A DNA stretch of 63,737 nt, the filler included, from Acetivibrio sp. (GTDB lineage: Bacteria; Bacillota; Clostridia; Acetivibrionales; Acetivibrionaceae), in NCBI RefSeq assembly GCF_035371925.1. It is 5 parts of 5 records of this genome, joined end to end, with 100 filler letters (N's around TTAATTAATTAA, not from the genome) between each part and the next. Parts side by side here need not be neighbours in the genome. Positions count along the whole stretch, not along the records: positions 1 to 15,914 come from NZ_DAORXT010000067.1; positions 16,015 to 31,811 come from NZ_DAORXT010000068.1; 3 more parts are not named here. The stretch is one strand, 5' to 3'. Both the position numbers and the translations under genes were made by a program. Positions 9,556 to 19,294 of the stretch are shown here, in pieces (the stretch's first letter is position 1; each line of letters starts with the position of its first letter). A model generated the notes under the pieces. The model saw only the letters and a program-made list of their open reading frames with translations, did no database searches and was not told the DNA's origin.

Positions 9556-12500
9556 TTGCAAAAGTTTGTACACCTTCATGTCCATACAGAGTACAGCCTT
9601 TTGGATGGGGCAAACAGGATAAAGCATCTTATAAAGCGTACAAAAGAGCTTGAAATGGATAGTATAGCAATAACTGACCATGGTGTAATGTATGGAGTTG
9701 TTGATTTTTACAAAGAAGCCGTAAATAACGGAATAAAACCCATATTGGGATGTGAAATATATACTGCCAAAAGGTCAAGATTTGACAAACAGGGAGGCTG
9801 GGATTCGGACCCCGGTCATATGGTGCTTTTGGCAAAAAACAATACTGGATACAAGAATTTAATGAAAATTGTATCCATAGGGTTTACCGAAGGTTTTTAC
9901 TATAAACCCAGGGTTGACATGGAAGTTCTCGAAAGGTACAGTGAAGGGTTGATTGCCATGAGTGCCTGCCTTTCGGGAGATATACCCAAAGCCATTTTAA
10001 ACAACGATTATGAAAAGGCGAAGGAGCTTGCTTTAAAGTTTAACAGCATCTTCGGTCAGGATAATTTTTATCTTGAGCTTCAGATAAACGGAATCGAGGA
10101 GCAGAACATAGTCAACCAGCAGCTTATAAAGCTTGGCAGGGAAACGGGTATACCCCTTGTTGCCACCAATGACGCCCATTATCTCAGAAGAGAGGATGCT
10201 CGTGCCCATGAAATCCTTCTTTGCATACAGACAGGAAAGAGTATAAATGATGAAGACAGATTGAGATTTTCCACGGATGATTTTTATGTGAAATCTCCCG
10301 AGGAAATGATAAGTCTTTTTGAAAACATACCTGAAGCAATTTCCAATACCGTCAAAATTGCCGATATGTGCAATGTGGAGCTTGAATTTAACAAGCTGCA
10401 CCTGCCAAAGTTTGACGTGCCGGACCAACAAGACCCTTACGAGTACCTAAGGTCTCTTTGCTACCGGGGATTTGAAAGAATATACCGCAAAGAAGACAGG
10501 GATGAAGAAAAGATAAAGAGGTTGGAATATGAGCTTTCGGTAATAAAGCAAATGGGCTATGTGGATTACTTCCTTATTGTTGGAGATTTTATAAGATATG
10601 CAAAGGAAAAAGGAATAATGGTGGGGCCCGGAAGAGGCTCGGCAGCCGGAAGCTTGGTAGCTTATTGCCTTGGAATTACAAATATTGATCCCATAAAGTA
10701 CAACCTGCTTTTTGAAAGATTCTTAAATCCCGAGAGGGTAAGCATGCCCGATATTGACATAGACTTTTGCTTCGAAAGAAGGCAAGAAGTTATAGATTAT
10801 GTTGTCCAAAAGTACGGCAAAGACCGTGTTGCACAGATAATTACCTTTGGAACCATGGCTGCAAGAGCTGTTATAAGAGATGTGGGAAGAGCTCTTGACA
10901 TACCCTATGGTGATGTGGATGTTATTGCAAAGATGATTCCTTTTCAGATTGGTATGAATATAGAAAAGGCAATGGAGCTCAATCCCGAGCTTCATCAGAG
11001 GTATAACGAGGATGAAAGGATAAGGGAGCTGATTGATACTGCAAAGCTTCTTGAAGGAATGCCGAGACACGCTTCGACTCATGCAGCGGGAGTGGTTATT
11101 TCCAAGGAGCCGTTAACGGAATATGTTCCCCTTCAAAAGAGTGAGGACAGCATAACGACCCAGTTTACCATGGGACTTTTGGAGGAGCTTGGACTTCTCA
11201 AAATGGACTTTTTGGGTCTTAGAACTCTTACGGTAATAAGAGATGCGGTAGCCCTTGTAAATAAGAATCACAATAAAGATATAAAAATTGATGAGCTTAG
11301 AATGGATGACCCCAATGTGTTCAAGCTGATTGGAGAAGGCCGGACTGCGGGAGTGTTCCAGCTGGAAAGTGCGGGCATGACCCAGTTTATGAAGGAGCTT
11401 CAGCCTGCGTCCTTAGAGGATATAATAGCCGGAATATCCTTGTATCGACCGGGACCTATGGATCAGATTCCAAGATACATTAGAAACAAAAATAATCCGG
11501 AGCTTGTAAAGTATGACCATCCTCTATTGGAAAACATACTGAACGTAACTTATGGCTGTATGGTTTATCAGGAGCAGGTAATGCAGATAGTCCGTGATCT
11601 TGCAGGATATTCAATGGGAAGATCCGACCTTGTGAGACGCGCAATGGCCAAGAAAAAGATTAGTGTGATGGAACAGGAAAGAAAAAATTTTATTTATGGA
11701 ATAGATGACGATAATGGAAATATTATAGTAAAGGGAGCAATTAGAAACGGTGTGGATGAGGCAACCGCAAATAAAATATTTGATGAGATGATGGACTTTG
11801 CAAGCTATGCCTTCAACAAGTCTCACGCTGCCGCTTATGCAGTTATAGCATATCAGACTGCATGGCTCAAATGTTATTACCCTGTGGAATTTATTGCGGC
11901 ACTGTTAAACAGCTTCATGGGAAGCAGCGATAAAATATCCCAGTATGTACACGAATGCCGTAAGCTGGAGATTGAAGTGCTTCCTCCAGATATAAACGAA
12001 AGCGATGTTAGATTCACTGTTGTAAATGGAAAAATAAGGTTTGGGCTTGCTGCGGTTAAAAATGTCGGTGAGAATGCGGTAAGGACAATTATTGGTGAAA
12101 GGAATAAAGGTGGGAACTATAGGAGTTTTAGAGATTTTTTGGAGAGAATAGACGGAAAAGATGTAAACAAGAGATGCATTGAGAGCCTTATAAAAAGCGG
12201 AGCCTTTGATTCACTGGGAGTATATCGTTCGAAGCTTTTGGCGGTGTATGAAAAAATGATGGACGGAATATCAAGTTTAAGAAAAAAGAATATGGAAGGT
12301 CAGCTTTCCATATTTGATATGGCATCAAATGCCGATGCTTTAAAAAATGGCGAAAATCAAAATCTTTATCCGGATGATGACAATATTTATCCCGATATTG
12401 CGGAGTATTCGCCAAAGATGCTTTTGTCAATGGAAAAGGAGATGTTGGGACTATATATATCCGGGCATCCTTTGAGCGAATTTGAAAAAGAAATCGGCGA

Positions 12501-13098
12501 AATCGTTACGCTTTACAGCAAGGATATGGCGGCAAATTCGGAGGAAAGCAATGAAGCAATAAGTATGGACGGAATGAAAAATTTAAAAGACGGTATGATT
12601 GTGACAGTTGGGGGAATAATTACTGCTAAGAAATCAAAAACTACGAAGAACAATAATTTGATGGCTTTTGTCACACTTGAGGATTTGTACGGTACAATGG
12701 AGATAATAGTTTTTCCTGCTGTTTTGGAAAGGTTTTCAAGTCTGATTGAGGTGGAAAATATCGTTTTAATAAAGGGAAGTATAAGTATAAAAGAAGAGGA
12801 ACAGCCAAAAATAATATGCGAGGAAGTAAGACCGTTAAGAAAAGGCGATATGGAGATTCTGCCCAAAAAGAGAGCTGAAAAGCTTTATTTGAGGGTGGAA
12901 GAAAACATGGACAGTGAATTGATGGAAGCCATGCTTTGTATGTTGAAGTTTTTTGGCGGAAATACTCCTGTATGCCTTTATAATGAAAATCAAAAAAAGC
13001 TTAGAGTATTGGAAAGGGATTGCTGGGTAAACCTTAACGATACTGTAGTTAGTGAGTTGAAATTGCTGATAGGAGAGGAAAATGTCAAAGTATCGTAA
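9556..13098 (+). CDS. dnaE: DNA polymerase III alpha subunit (start adjusted to TTG 9556)
   Basis: PHP FVHLHVHTEYSLLDG, GRGSAAGS, SMPDIDIDF catalytic motif, FNKSH, OB fold; no intein seen. Confidence 0.96.
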   Translation: MQKFVHLHVHTEYSLLDGANRIKHLIKRTKELEMDSIAITDHGVMYGVVDFYKEAVNNGIKPILGCEIYTAKRSRFDKQGGWDSDPGHMVLLAKNNTGYKNLMKIVSIGFTEGFYYKPRVDMEVLERYSEGLIAMSACLSGDIPKAILNNDYEKAKELALKFNSIFGQDNFYLELQINGIEEQNIVNQQLIKLGRETGIPLVATNDAHYLRREDARAHEILLCIQTGKSINDEDRLRFSTDDFYVKSPEEMISLFENIPEAISNTVKIADMCNVELEFNKLHLPKFDVPDQQDPYEYLRSLCYRGFERIYRKEDRDEEKIKRLEYELSVIKQMGYVDYFLIVGDFIRYAKEKGIMVGPGRGSAAGSLVAYCLGITNIDPIKYNLLFERFLNPERVSMPDIDIDFCFERRQEVIDYVVQKYGKDRVAQIITFGTMAARAVIRDVGRALDIPYGDVDVIAKMIPFQIGMNIEKAMELNPELHQRYNEDERIRELIDTAKLLEGMPRHASTHAAGVVISKEPLTEYVPLQKSEDSITTQFTMGLLEELGLLKMDFLGLRTLTVIRDAVALVNKNHNKDIKIDELRMDDPNVFKLIGEGRTAGVFQLESAGMTQFMKELQPASLEDIIAGISLYRPGPMDQIPRYIRNKNNPELVKYDHPLLENILNVTYGCMVYQEQVMQIVRDLAGYSMGRSDLVRRAMAKKKISVMEQERKNFIYGIDDDNGNIIVKGAIRNGVDEATANKIFDEMMDFASYAFNKSHAAAYAVIAYQTAWLKCYYPVEFIAALLNSFMGSSDKISQYVHECRKLEIEVLPPDINESDVRFTVVNGKIRFGLAAVKNVGENAVRTIIGERNKGGNYRSFRDFLERIDGKDVNKRCIESLIKSGAFDSLGVYRSKLLAVYEKMMDGISSLRKKNMEGQLSIFDMASNADALKNGENQNLYPDDDNIYPDIAEYSPKMLLSMEKEMLGLYISGHPLSEFEKEIGEIVTLYSKDMAANSEESNEAISMDGMKNLKDGMIVTVGGIITAKKSKTTKNNNLMAFVTLEDLYGTMEIIVFPAVLERFSSLIEVENIVLIKGSISIKEEEQPKIICEEVRPLRKGDMEILPKKRAEKLYLRVEENMDSELMEAMLCMLKFFGGNTPVCLYNENQKKLRVLERDCWVNLNDTVVSELKLLIGEENVKVS

Positions 13099-13146
13099 GC
13101 TTTGCTAAATTTCATATTGATTTTTAGTACAATTTAATATATAGTT

Positions 13147-13398
13147 ATGTCGAGGTGGTTCTGTTTGGATTGGGATATGGAAAAAATATATGGGGATTAT
13201 GTTGTGATTAAGGCTGAAGAAAATGGTGTGAATATTATTGGCCTGACCAGAGGTAAAGATACAAAGTTCCACCATACCGAGAAACTGGATAAGGGTGAAG
13301 TTCTTATTGCCCAGTTTACCGATAATACTTCTGCTATAAAAATCAGGGGAAAAGCCAAGATAATTAGCAGGCATGGAGAAGTTTATTCCGGTGAATAA
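13147..13398 (+). CDS. mtrB: trp RNA-binding attenuation protein TRAP (true start probably 13165 or 13177)
   Basis: [48 protein letters not shown] matches the TRAP family. Confidence 0.92.
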   Translation: MSRWFCLDWDMEKIYGDYVVIKAEENGVNIIGLTRGKDTKFHHTEKLDKGEVLIAQFTDNTSAIKIRGKAKIISRHGEVYSGE

Positions 13399-13420
13399 CG
13401 TAAAAAGGGGCGTGTTTTAT

Positions 13421-13618
13421 ATGTGGACAGTGGTGTATATGGCTCAAAGCAAGGAGATCGCCACTACTATGCAGGAATTGTTGACAAGTGAAGGAATTTT
13501 GGTTAAATTACGACCTATAAGTAAAAATCACGAAAATAACGACAACTATTATGAAGTGTTAGTCCCTGAAGCCGAAGTGGAAGAGGCCCATAGTGTTATT
13601 ATTGAGAAGGGATATTGA
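13421..13618 (+). CDS. Small conserved protein (DUF2007/putative signal-transducing type)
   Basis: MWTVVYMAQ...EGILVKLR...YEVLVPEAEVEEA; RBS aaaagggg upstream of ATG 13421. Confidence 0.65.
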   Translation: MWTVVYMAQSKEIATTMQELLTSEGILVKLRPISKNHENNDNYYEVLVPEAEVEEAHSVIIEKGY

Positions 13619-13700
13619 ATTAAAGTTAATATAGTTTTTTTATTATCCCGTGTTTAGCCTCTTGAAACACGGGTTTAATACTATTAAGGAGGTTATTGCT

Positions 13701-14675
13701 ATGAGTAATGTAAAAACGATCGGAGTATTAACAAGCGGCGGAGACGCTCCAGGTATGAACGCAGCAATAAGAGCAGTTGTTAGGACAGGTCTTTATTATG
13801 GCTTCAAGGTTATGGGGATAAGAAAAGGCTTTAACGGCCTTATAAATGGTGAAATTGAAGAGATGACCGCAAGGTCTGTAGGAGATATAATTCACAGGGG
13901 AGGTACCATACTCCAGACAGCAAGATCTCCCCAGTTTAAGACGGAGGAAGGGCTTAAAAAGGCCATGTCCATGGCAAAAGTATTCGGTATCGATGCTCTT
14001 GTGGTAATAGGCGGAGACGGGTCCTACAGAGGAGCCAGGGATATCAGCAGGCTAGGACTCAATGTCATAGGAATTCCGGGAACAATTGACAATGACATTG
14101 CCTGTACCGATTATACCATAGGATATGATACAGCTATGAACACTGTTCAGGATGCAATAGATAAAATACGGGATACCGCATATTCCCATGAGAGATGCAG
14201 TGTGCTGGAGGTTATGGGAAGACATGCAGGATACATTGCCGTAAATGTGGGTATTTCCGGAGGTGCTGAGGCTGTTGTTCTTCCTGAGAAGCCTTATGAT
14301 ATGGATACCGATATAATAAAGCCTATAATTGAAGGAAGAAACAGAGGCAAAAAGCACTATCTTGTTATAGTTGCTGAAGGAGTGGAAGGTAAAGCCATCG
14401 AGATAGCAAAGGAAATTACGGAGAAGACAGGCGTTGAAGCCAGAGCTACCATATTGGGACATATTCAAAGGGGAGGAAGTCCTACTGTATATGACAGGGT
14501 AATGGCAAGCCAGATGGGAGCGAAAGCTGTTGAAGTTTTGAAGGAGAATAAACGCAACAGGATTATTGTATTTAAGGACAATCAGGTGGGTGACGTGGAT
14601 TTGGATGAAGCTTTGGAAGCAAAGAAAACAATTTCCGAAGATTTGATTCAGCTAAGCAAAATATTGTCACTGTAA
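13701..14675 (+). CDS. pfkA: ATP-dependent 6-phosphofructokinase
   Basis: TSGGDAPGMN, GGDGS, TIDND, EVMGR, LGHIQRGG; RBS aaggagg before ATG 13701. Confidence 0.95.
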   Translation: MSNVKTIGVLTSGGDAPGMNAAIRAVVRTGLYYGFKVMGIRKGFNGLINGEIEEMTARSVGDIIHRGGTILQTARSPQFKTEEGLKKAMSMAKVFGIDALVVIGGDGSYRGARDISRLGLNVIGIPGTIDNDIACTDYTIGYDTAMNTVQDAIDKIRDTAYSHERCSVLEVMGRHAGYIAVNVGISGGAEAVVLPEKPYDMDTDIIKPIIEGRNRGKKHYLVIVAEGVEGKAIEIAKEITEKTGVEARATILGHIQRGGSPTVYDRVMASQMGAKAVEVLKENKRNRIIVFKDNQVGDVDLDEALEAKKTISEDLIQLSKILSL

Positions 14676-14734
14676 TTTGATATAGAAAGTTTCATTATCT
14701 GAAAATAACGATAATATGGCAAGGAGAATAAGCA

Positions 14735-15151
14735 TTGTACGTATCGGAGACGGAAATTGTTGTAAGATATGCCGAAACAGACCAAATGGGAATAGCTCAT
14801 CATTCAAACTATCCTATCTGGTTTGAGGCAGCGAGAACGGATTTTATAAAAAATATGGGGATGCCGTATTCAAAAATCGAAGAAAGAGGTTTTATGCTTC
14901 CTCTTATTCAGCTTGAGTGCAGATATAAAGGTGCGGCAAGATATGAGGACAAGCTTGTTGTAAAAACCTCTGTAAAGCAAATATCGTATACCAGGGTAAC
15001 GTTTTATTACGAGATTTTTAAATGCTGTGATAATTCGCTGATAACGACAGGTGAGACGGTGCATGCATGGACGGACAGAAATTTAAAGCCTGTAAATATA
15101 AAAAAACATGCACCGGATATCTTTGAATTATTGAATAAAGCCATTTTATAG
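14735..15151 (+). CDS. Acyl-CoA thioesterase, YbgC/FadM hotdog family
   Basis: VRYAETDQMGIAHHSNY..WFE.AR. Confidence 0.88.
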   Translation: MYVSETEIVVRYAETDQMGIAHHSNYPIWFEAARTDFIKNMGMPYSKIEERGFMLPLIQLECRYKGAARYEDKLVVKTSVKQISYTRVTFYYEIFKCCDNSLITTGETVHAWTDRNLKPVNIKKHAPDIFELLNKAIL

Positions 15152-15180
15152 AGATATAATTATTTTAAGGTGGTGGGTGG

Positions 15181-15723
15181 GTGAATATTCCAAACATATT
15201 GACTGTTATAAGGTTTGTTTTTGTGCCTTTTTTTGCTTATTACCTTTTTAATGAGCGGTATACCGTTGCAGTAGTGTTATTTCTTTTAGCGGGAGTTACC
15301 GATGTAATGGACGGACTGATTGCGAGAAAATTCAATATGATTACATCCTTTGGAAAGCTTGCGGATCCTTTGGCCGATAAACTGATGCAGTTGACTGCAT
15401 TGACTATTCTTACCATACAGGGCATTATACCGTTGCCGGTTTTGATAATTGTTGTTGCAAAAGAGTCTTTCATGGTAATTGGCAGTATTTTTATATATAA
15501 AAAGGTTAATTTTGTCGTACAGGCTGACTGGTACGGTAAGTTTGCCACCGTGGTTTTTTTTCTGGCAATAGTATTGACTATACTTGTAAGGTCGGTAGGG
15601 TTTGCAAATTCTTATTCGAACATTGTAGTTCATATTGCTGTCATAATCGCGGTTGTCTCAACGCTGTTTGCCTTTTTTATGTATTCAATTCAATTTAGAA
15701 AACTAACAAAGAAATCAAACTAA
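15181..15723 (+). CDS. pgsA: CDP-diacylglycerol--glycerol-3-phosphate 3-phosphatidyltransferase-like
   Basis: NIPNILT..R, D..DG.IARK....T.FG..ADP.ADK CDP-alcohol phosphotransferase motif. Confidence 0.85.
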   Translation: MNIPNILTVIRFVFVPFFAYYLFNERYTVAVVLFLLAGVTDVMDGLIARKFNMITSFGKLADPLADKLMQLTALTILTIQGIIPLPVLIIVVAKESFMVIGSIFIYKKVNFVVQADWYGKFATVVFFLAIVLTILVRSVGFANSYSNIVVHIAVIIAVVSTLFAFFMYSIQFRKLTKKSN

Positions 15724-15914
15724 TTTTTTTCAAAAAAATTCTCATATAGATTGCATGATGATGGGATTATTATACTTTTTAGTCAAAATTATCATGTAAA
15801 AATTATGTCAATATAATTACAAAGAATTGAACTAAGTTGACTCACACCCCCAATTCGTTATATAATTATTATATAAGGGAAAGTGTAACTTTATAATATT
15901 ATTTTAGAGAGAAT

Positions 15915-16014
15915 NNNNNNNNNNNNNNNNNNNNNNNNNNNNNNNNNNNNNNNNNNNNTTAATTAATTAANNNNNNNNNNNNNNNNNNNNNNNNNNNNNN
16001 NNNNNNNNNNNNNN
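15915..16014. other. Artificial contig linker
   Basis: 44 N + TTAATTAATTAA (stops in all frames) + 44 N. Confidence 0.98.
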
Positions 16015-16239
16015 ATTCTAACTTATTTTGGCCGTTTTGTCTGTCTTAATTTCTGGTATCATTATACAATCCCTCCGTTATTGATATATCGTTAAGTGTG
16101 TAAAATAATCGAAAAAAGGCATAAAAACACCGCAGAAAGTAGCCTACGGATAAACTTCAAACTCTGCGGTTTGTACAAATATGCAAAAGCGCAAGCCATA
16201 GTCCCGCAATATAATGCCGGTATAAACTTGTCAAAAAAA

Positions 16240-16430
16240 TTACTTTAGCAAATACATAAATATAAGTGAGAGCACCAGTGTAACAACTCCCGCACCAAAT
16301 GCCAGCAATACCTTTTGATATGGCCTTTTGCCCTCTTCCCTTGCCTTTGCAATTTCGTCCAATCTTTTACCTTCAATAAATGCAATAATTTCGCGATATG
16401 TTTGAATATCAAAACCCTTTTTCCTCCGTT
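16240..16430 (-). pseudogene. 3' remnant of a membrane-anchored protein gene
   Basis: ...EGKRPYQKVLLAFGAGVVTLVLSLIFMYLLK C-terminal TM helix, followed by an accgcaga/tctgcggt hairpin; no credible start. Confidence 0.35.
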
Positions 16431-17204
16431 CAATCAAATTTAAGTGAAGATGTAGAATTAACGCAAAGTCATCTGGAAAGTCTAACGACATTGGAAGCAC
16501 CTTCGTCCAAAATCAAGAGTATTGAAGGGCTTCAATATGCAATTAACCTTGAGGTACTTGATGTTACAAATAATGATATCGTGGATCTGCAGCCTCTGTC
16601 CAACCTTGAAAAATTACAGGATTTATTTTTAGGTTACAATAATATTAAGGATTTATCGCCGCTTTCCAACTGCACCAGCTTAAAAAGGCTTTATATTCAC
16701 TGTAACCGGGTGGATAGTCTAAAACCTTTGCATAAATTAGAAAATATAAAAACACTTACAACGGATGAAAATAATATATCAAGTCTTGAGGGCATTGAAA
16801 ATATGAAAAACCTGACAAGTTTATATGCAGGCAGCAACAGGCTTACTGAAATAACGCCTGTCTCACAGTTGCTTTCGTTGGAAACAGTATATTTATATGA
16901 TAATAAAATTAAAGACATCTCTCCTCTCCAAAACTTAACAAATATTGAATCTCTTCGATTAGAAAACAATAAAATCAAGGATATCTCTTTTCTTAACGGA
17001 CTGACACGGATAAACAACATTAATTTAGAAAATAACCAAATTGAGGATATTTCTGCATTGGTAAAGCTTGCGGAGAACGGTGCATTCAATTTTAAGTACA
17101 AAGGTTTGGATTATGATATCAATATAGCTGGAAATCCGATTAAAATTGAAAAAGATAATACAATAAAGAAGTTGGAGCAACTGGATGTAAGGGTGAAATA
17201 TTAA
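16398..17204 (+). CDS. Internalin-like leucine-rich repeat protein, probably N-terminally truncated
   Basis: About 8 repeats of LxxLxxLxLxxNxIxDLxPL; no RBS or signal peptide. Confidence 0.75.
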   Translation: MFEYQNPFSSVQSNLSEDVELTQSHLESLTTLEAPSSKIKSIEGLQYAINLEVLDVTNNDIVDLQPLSNLEKLQDLFLGYNNIKDLSPLSNCTSLKRLYIHCNRVDSLKPLHKLENIKTLTTDENNISSLEGIENMKNLTSLYAGSNRLTEITPVSQLLSLETVYLYDNKIKDISPLQNLTNIESLRLENNKIKDISFLNGLTRINNINLENNQIEDISALVKLAENGAFNFKYKGLDYDINIAGNPIKIEKDNTIKKLEQLDVRVKY

Positions 17205-17366
17205 AAGTCAACATAGAAAGCAGAAGCTCTCTTCAATGCTGTATTATCCAAATCGTGCTTTCCCGAAATTTACGAAACTCAGAAAAATATTCGAATTTTT
17301 CATCTAAAGCATTTATAAGCCCGCCTCCCTCATAAGTGAAAAACAGACCCCTTTTTCGTTTAAAAC

Positions 17367-18365
17367 TCATTTCCTGAATATAAATAAATACTCATGTGCT
17401 ATTAATAAAAAATTATACTTTATACTCTGGTTCCTCCAGTAACCGGTTGAACTGCAATTATGCTGTTCCTTTATCACAATTTCTTTTAACTTAAAACCTG
17501 CTCGTAAAAACGTCTGCATTACATTGAAACCAATAGGAATCATGTGACCTTTTCTCCGAGTATCGCCCATAAGAATTGCACAAAATCTACCTTTTTTCAG
17601 CACCCTGTAGCTCTCTTTTGCCACTTTTTCCATTTCAACTAAAAAGTCATTGATATCATAATGGGAAAGATCCCCTTGTATGTCTTCGCTATACTTAATG
17701 ATATTGCTATAAGGCGGATGGGTGCATATAAGATCTATGCTTTCATCGTCAATAAATCCAAGGTGCCGGGCATCTCCAACATGTACCTCTGCCTCTCCGC
17801 AATCCTCTTTTTCAAAATTTATATTACGCGAAGTCAAATTTACTGCCTCAGGGTTTATATCAACACCTATACCTTTTCTTTTCAAAAGCTTTGCTTCAAC
17901 AAGCGTTGTCCCGCTTCCCACAAATTGATCGAGCACAGTTTCCCCTTCTTTGGAATATCGCATAATAACATTCCTCGGAATAAAAGGTGACCAATTGCCC
18001 CTGTATTTTCCGCTGTGCGTAGCCCAGTCACCCCTGTCAGGAAAGCTCCATACAGTGGATGTCTCAAGATTGAAATTCTCAGGTTCCCACGTTCTAATAT
18101 TCGGCTTACCGACAAAATAACCTTTTGCGTTCTCTTCGAAATATATCCTTGCCTCTTTTGCGACCTTTTTGACAAACGCTTGAGTTACATCATTGTTCGT
18201 TGCCGTATCTTTTATATTTAAGTCATTCAGAATATCGTTTTTTATATTCTCAACAAGCCTCAAATATCCATCTTTATGCCTTTTTTCAAGATGTTCAGGA
18301 TACTGTGTTCTGGTATGCTCTTCTCCACAATACAAACACTTAACTTTTCTTCCCATAATTTTCAC
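17367..18365 (-). CDS. Second DNA methyltransferase of a DpnII-type R-M locus, with N-terminal C2H2-like zinc finger
   Basis: DQFVGSGT (SAM motif I), CTHPPY (motif IV variant), N-terminal CLYC...HLEKRH; 4-nt overlap with the endonuclease gene. Confidence 0.8.
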   Translation of the reverse strand: MKIMGRKVKCLYCGEEHTRTQYPEHLEKRHKDGYLRLVENIKNDILNDLNIKDTATNNDVTQAFVKKVAKEARIYFEENAKGYFVGKPNIRTWEPENFNLETSTVWSFPDRGDWATHSGKYRGNWSPFIPRNVIMRYSKEGETVLDQFVGSGTTLVEAKLLKRKGIGVDINPEAVNLTSRNINFEKEDCGEAEVHVGDARHLGFIDDESIDLICTHPPYSNIIKYSEDIQGDLSHYDINDFLVEMEKVAKESYRVLKKGRFCAILMGDTRRKGHMIPIGFNVMQTFLRAGFKLKEIVIKEQHNCSSTGYWRNQSIKYNFLLIAHEYLFIFRK

Positions 18366-19294
18366 AACCCTTGTGATATGATGTCCTCAAGAATACCTTT
18401 TTGGACCATATCAAGATTTAATATATAATCCACCTTATCAAAAGACTCCCTTAGAGGCTTCTGAGCAGTTTCCCAACCTTTACCGTCTGTAATCCAAATA
18501 AATCCGTGCTCAGGTGTCTCATTCTTGATAAAGTTAAACAGTGTAGAAAATTCTCCAGCTACTGACTTTAGTTTCGAACCGCCACCGCCATAATAATTTG
18601 TTTCAACGAGATATAGTTTTTGGCCATTGTCTATTGCAAAATCAAATGAACGCTCCGATTTGTCTACAGAAACATCATATTCGAAAGATGCTTTAATCTT
18701 GTGCGAGGTAGCTTGGGGCAGATATCGGTAATTATTTGTGGAGCAAATTTTTTTAATAAACAGCTCTGTTATCATCTCCATAGCCGTACCGCTACGGTTT
18801 TTCCTTGCATTGGTGTCAAGACCTACTTCAACGCCAATTACATAATCAACAACACTTTTTATGTTTTTCTTCTCAAACATCGAAAGAAGACCGGTTTTTT
18901 TAGCGAACTCAGCCAGCATTTCTATTTCATCAGGACTATATTTCTTCTTTTTCCGAAACACATATTCTTTGTAATTAAAAACATTATCTTCAAGCGGGTC
19001 AAGCACTTTAATACTTTTCTCTCTTAAAGCCAGTAAAATGGGAAGAATTTCTGCTATTTCGGGATATCTTCCTATTAACATTTTAAATTCTTCCACTATG
19101 TTTTCCTTGCCGACAAGGTAGTTCAAAATATTTAATACAACTTCGACGCTTCCTACCTTGTTCATTACTTTTTCCCAAGCAACAAAAAAGTCCCAACCCT
19201 TAATGGTCTCCTTCATATGCTGTAGCAAGTATTCAAAAACTTCATCTGCATTATTGCAGCCAAGCCGGCTTTTGAATATATCCGAATATTTCAT
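18362..19294 (-). CDS. dpnB: Type II restriction endonuclease, DpnII/MboI family (GATC expected)
   Basis: VGLDTNARKNRSG, FDFAI, ETNYYGGGGSKL, FIWITDG.GW motifs; flanked by two methyltransferases. Confidence 0.85.
   Translation of the reverse strand: MKYSDIFKSRLGCNNADEVFEYLLQHMKETIKGWDFFVAWEKVMNKVGSVEVVLNILNYLVGKENIVEEFKMLIGRYPEIAEILPILLALREKSIKVLDPLEDNVFNYKEYVFRKKKKYSPDEIEMLAEFAKKTGLLSMFEKKNIKSVVDYVIGVEVGLDTNARKNRSGTAMEMITELFIKKICSTNNYRYLPQATSHKIKASFEYDVSVDKSERSFDFAIDNGQKLYLVETNYYGGGGSKLKSVAGEFSTLFNFIKNETPEHGFIWITDGKGWETAQKPLRESFDKVDYILNLDMVQKGILEDIISQGL

Noticed and set aside
9556..13098. Intein or intron in dnaE
   Set aside because: Length and motif continuity are normal
13147..13398. TRAP target (G/U)AG repeat arrays in the window
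   Set aside because: No convincing array found by eye
15959..15970. TTAATTAATTAA repeated four times at wide spacing
   Set aside because: Always centred in N-runs; a synthetic six-frame stop linker, not biology
16120..16230. Riboswitch-like sequence (c-di-GMP GEMM resemblance)
   Set aside because: Lacks the GNRA-capped P2 and conserved core; better explained as a terminator hairpin
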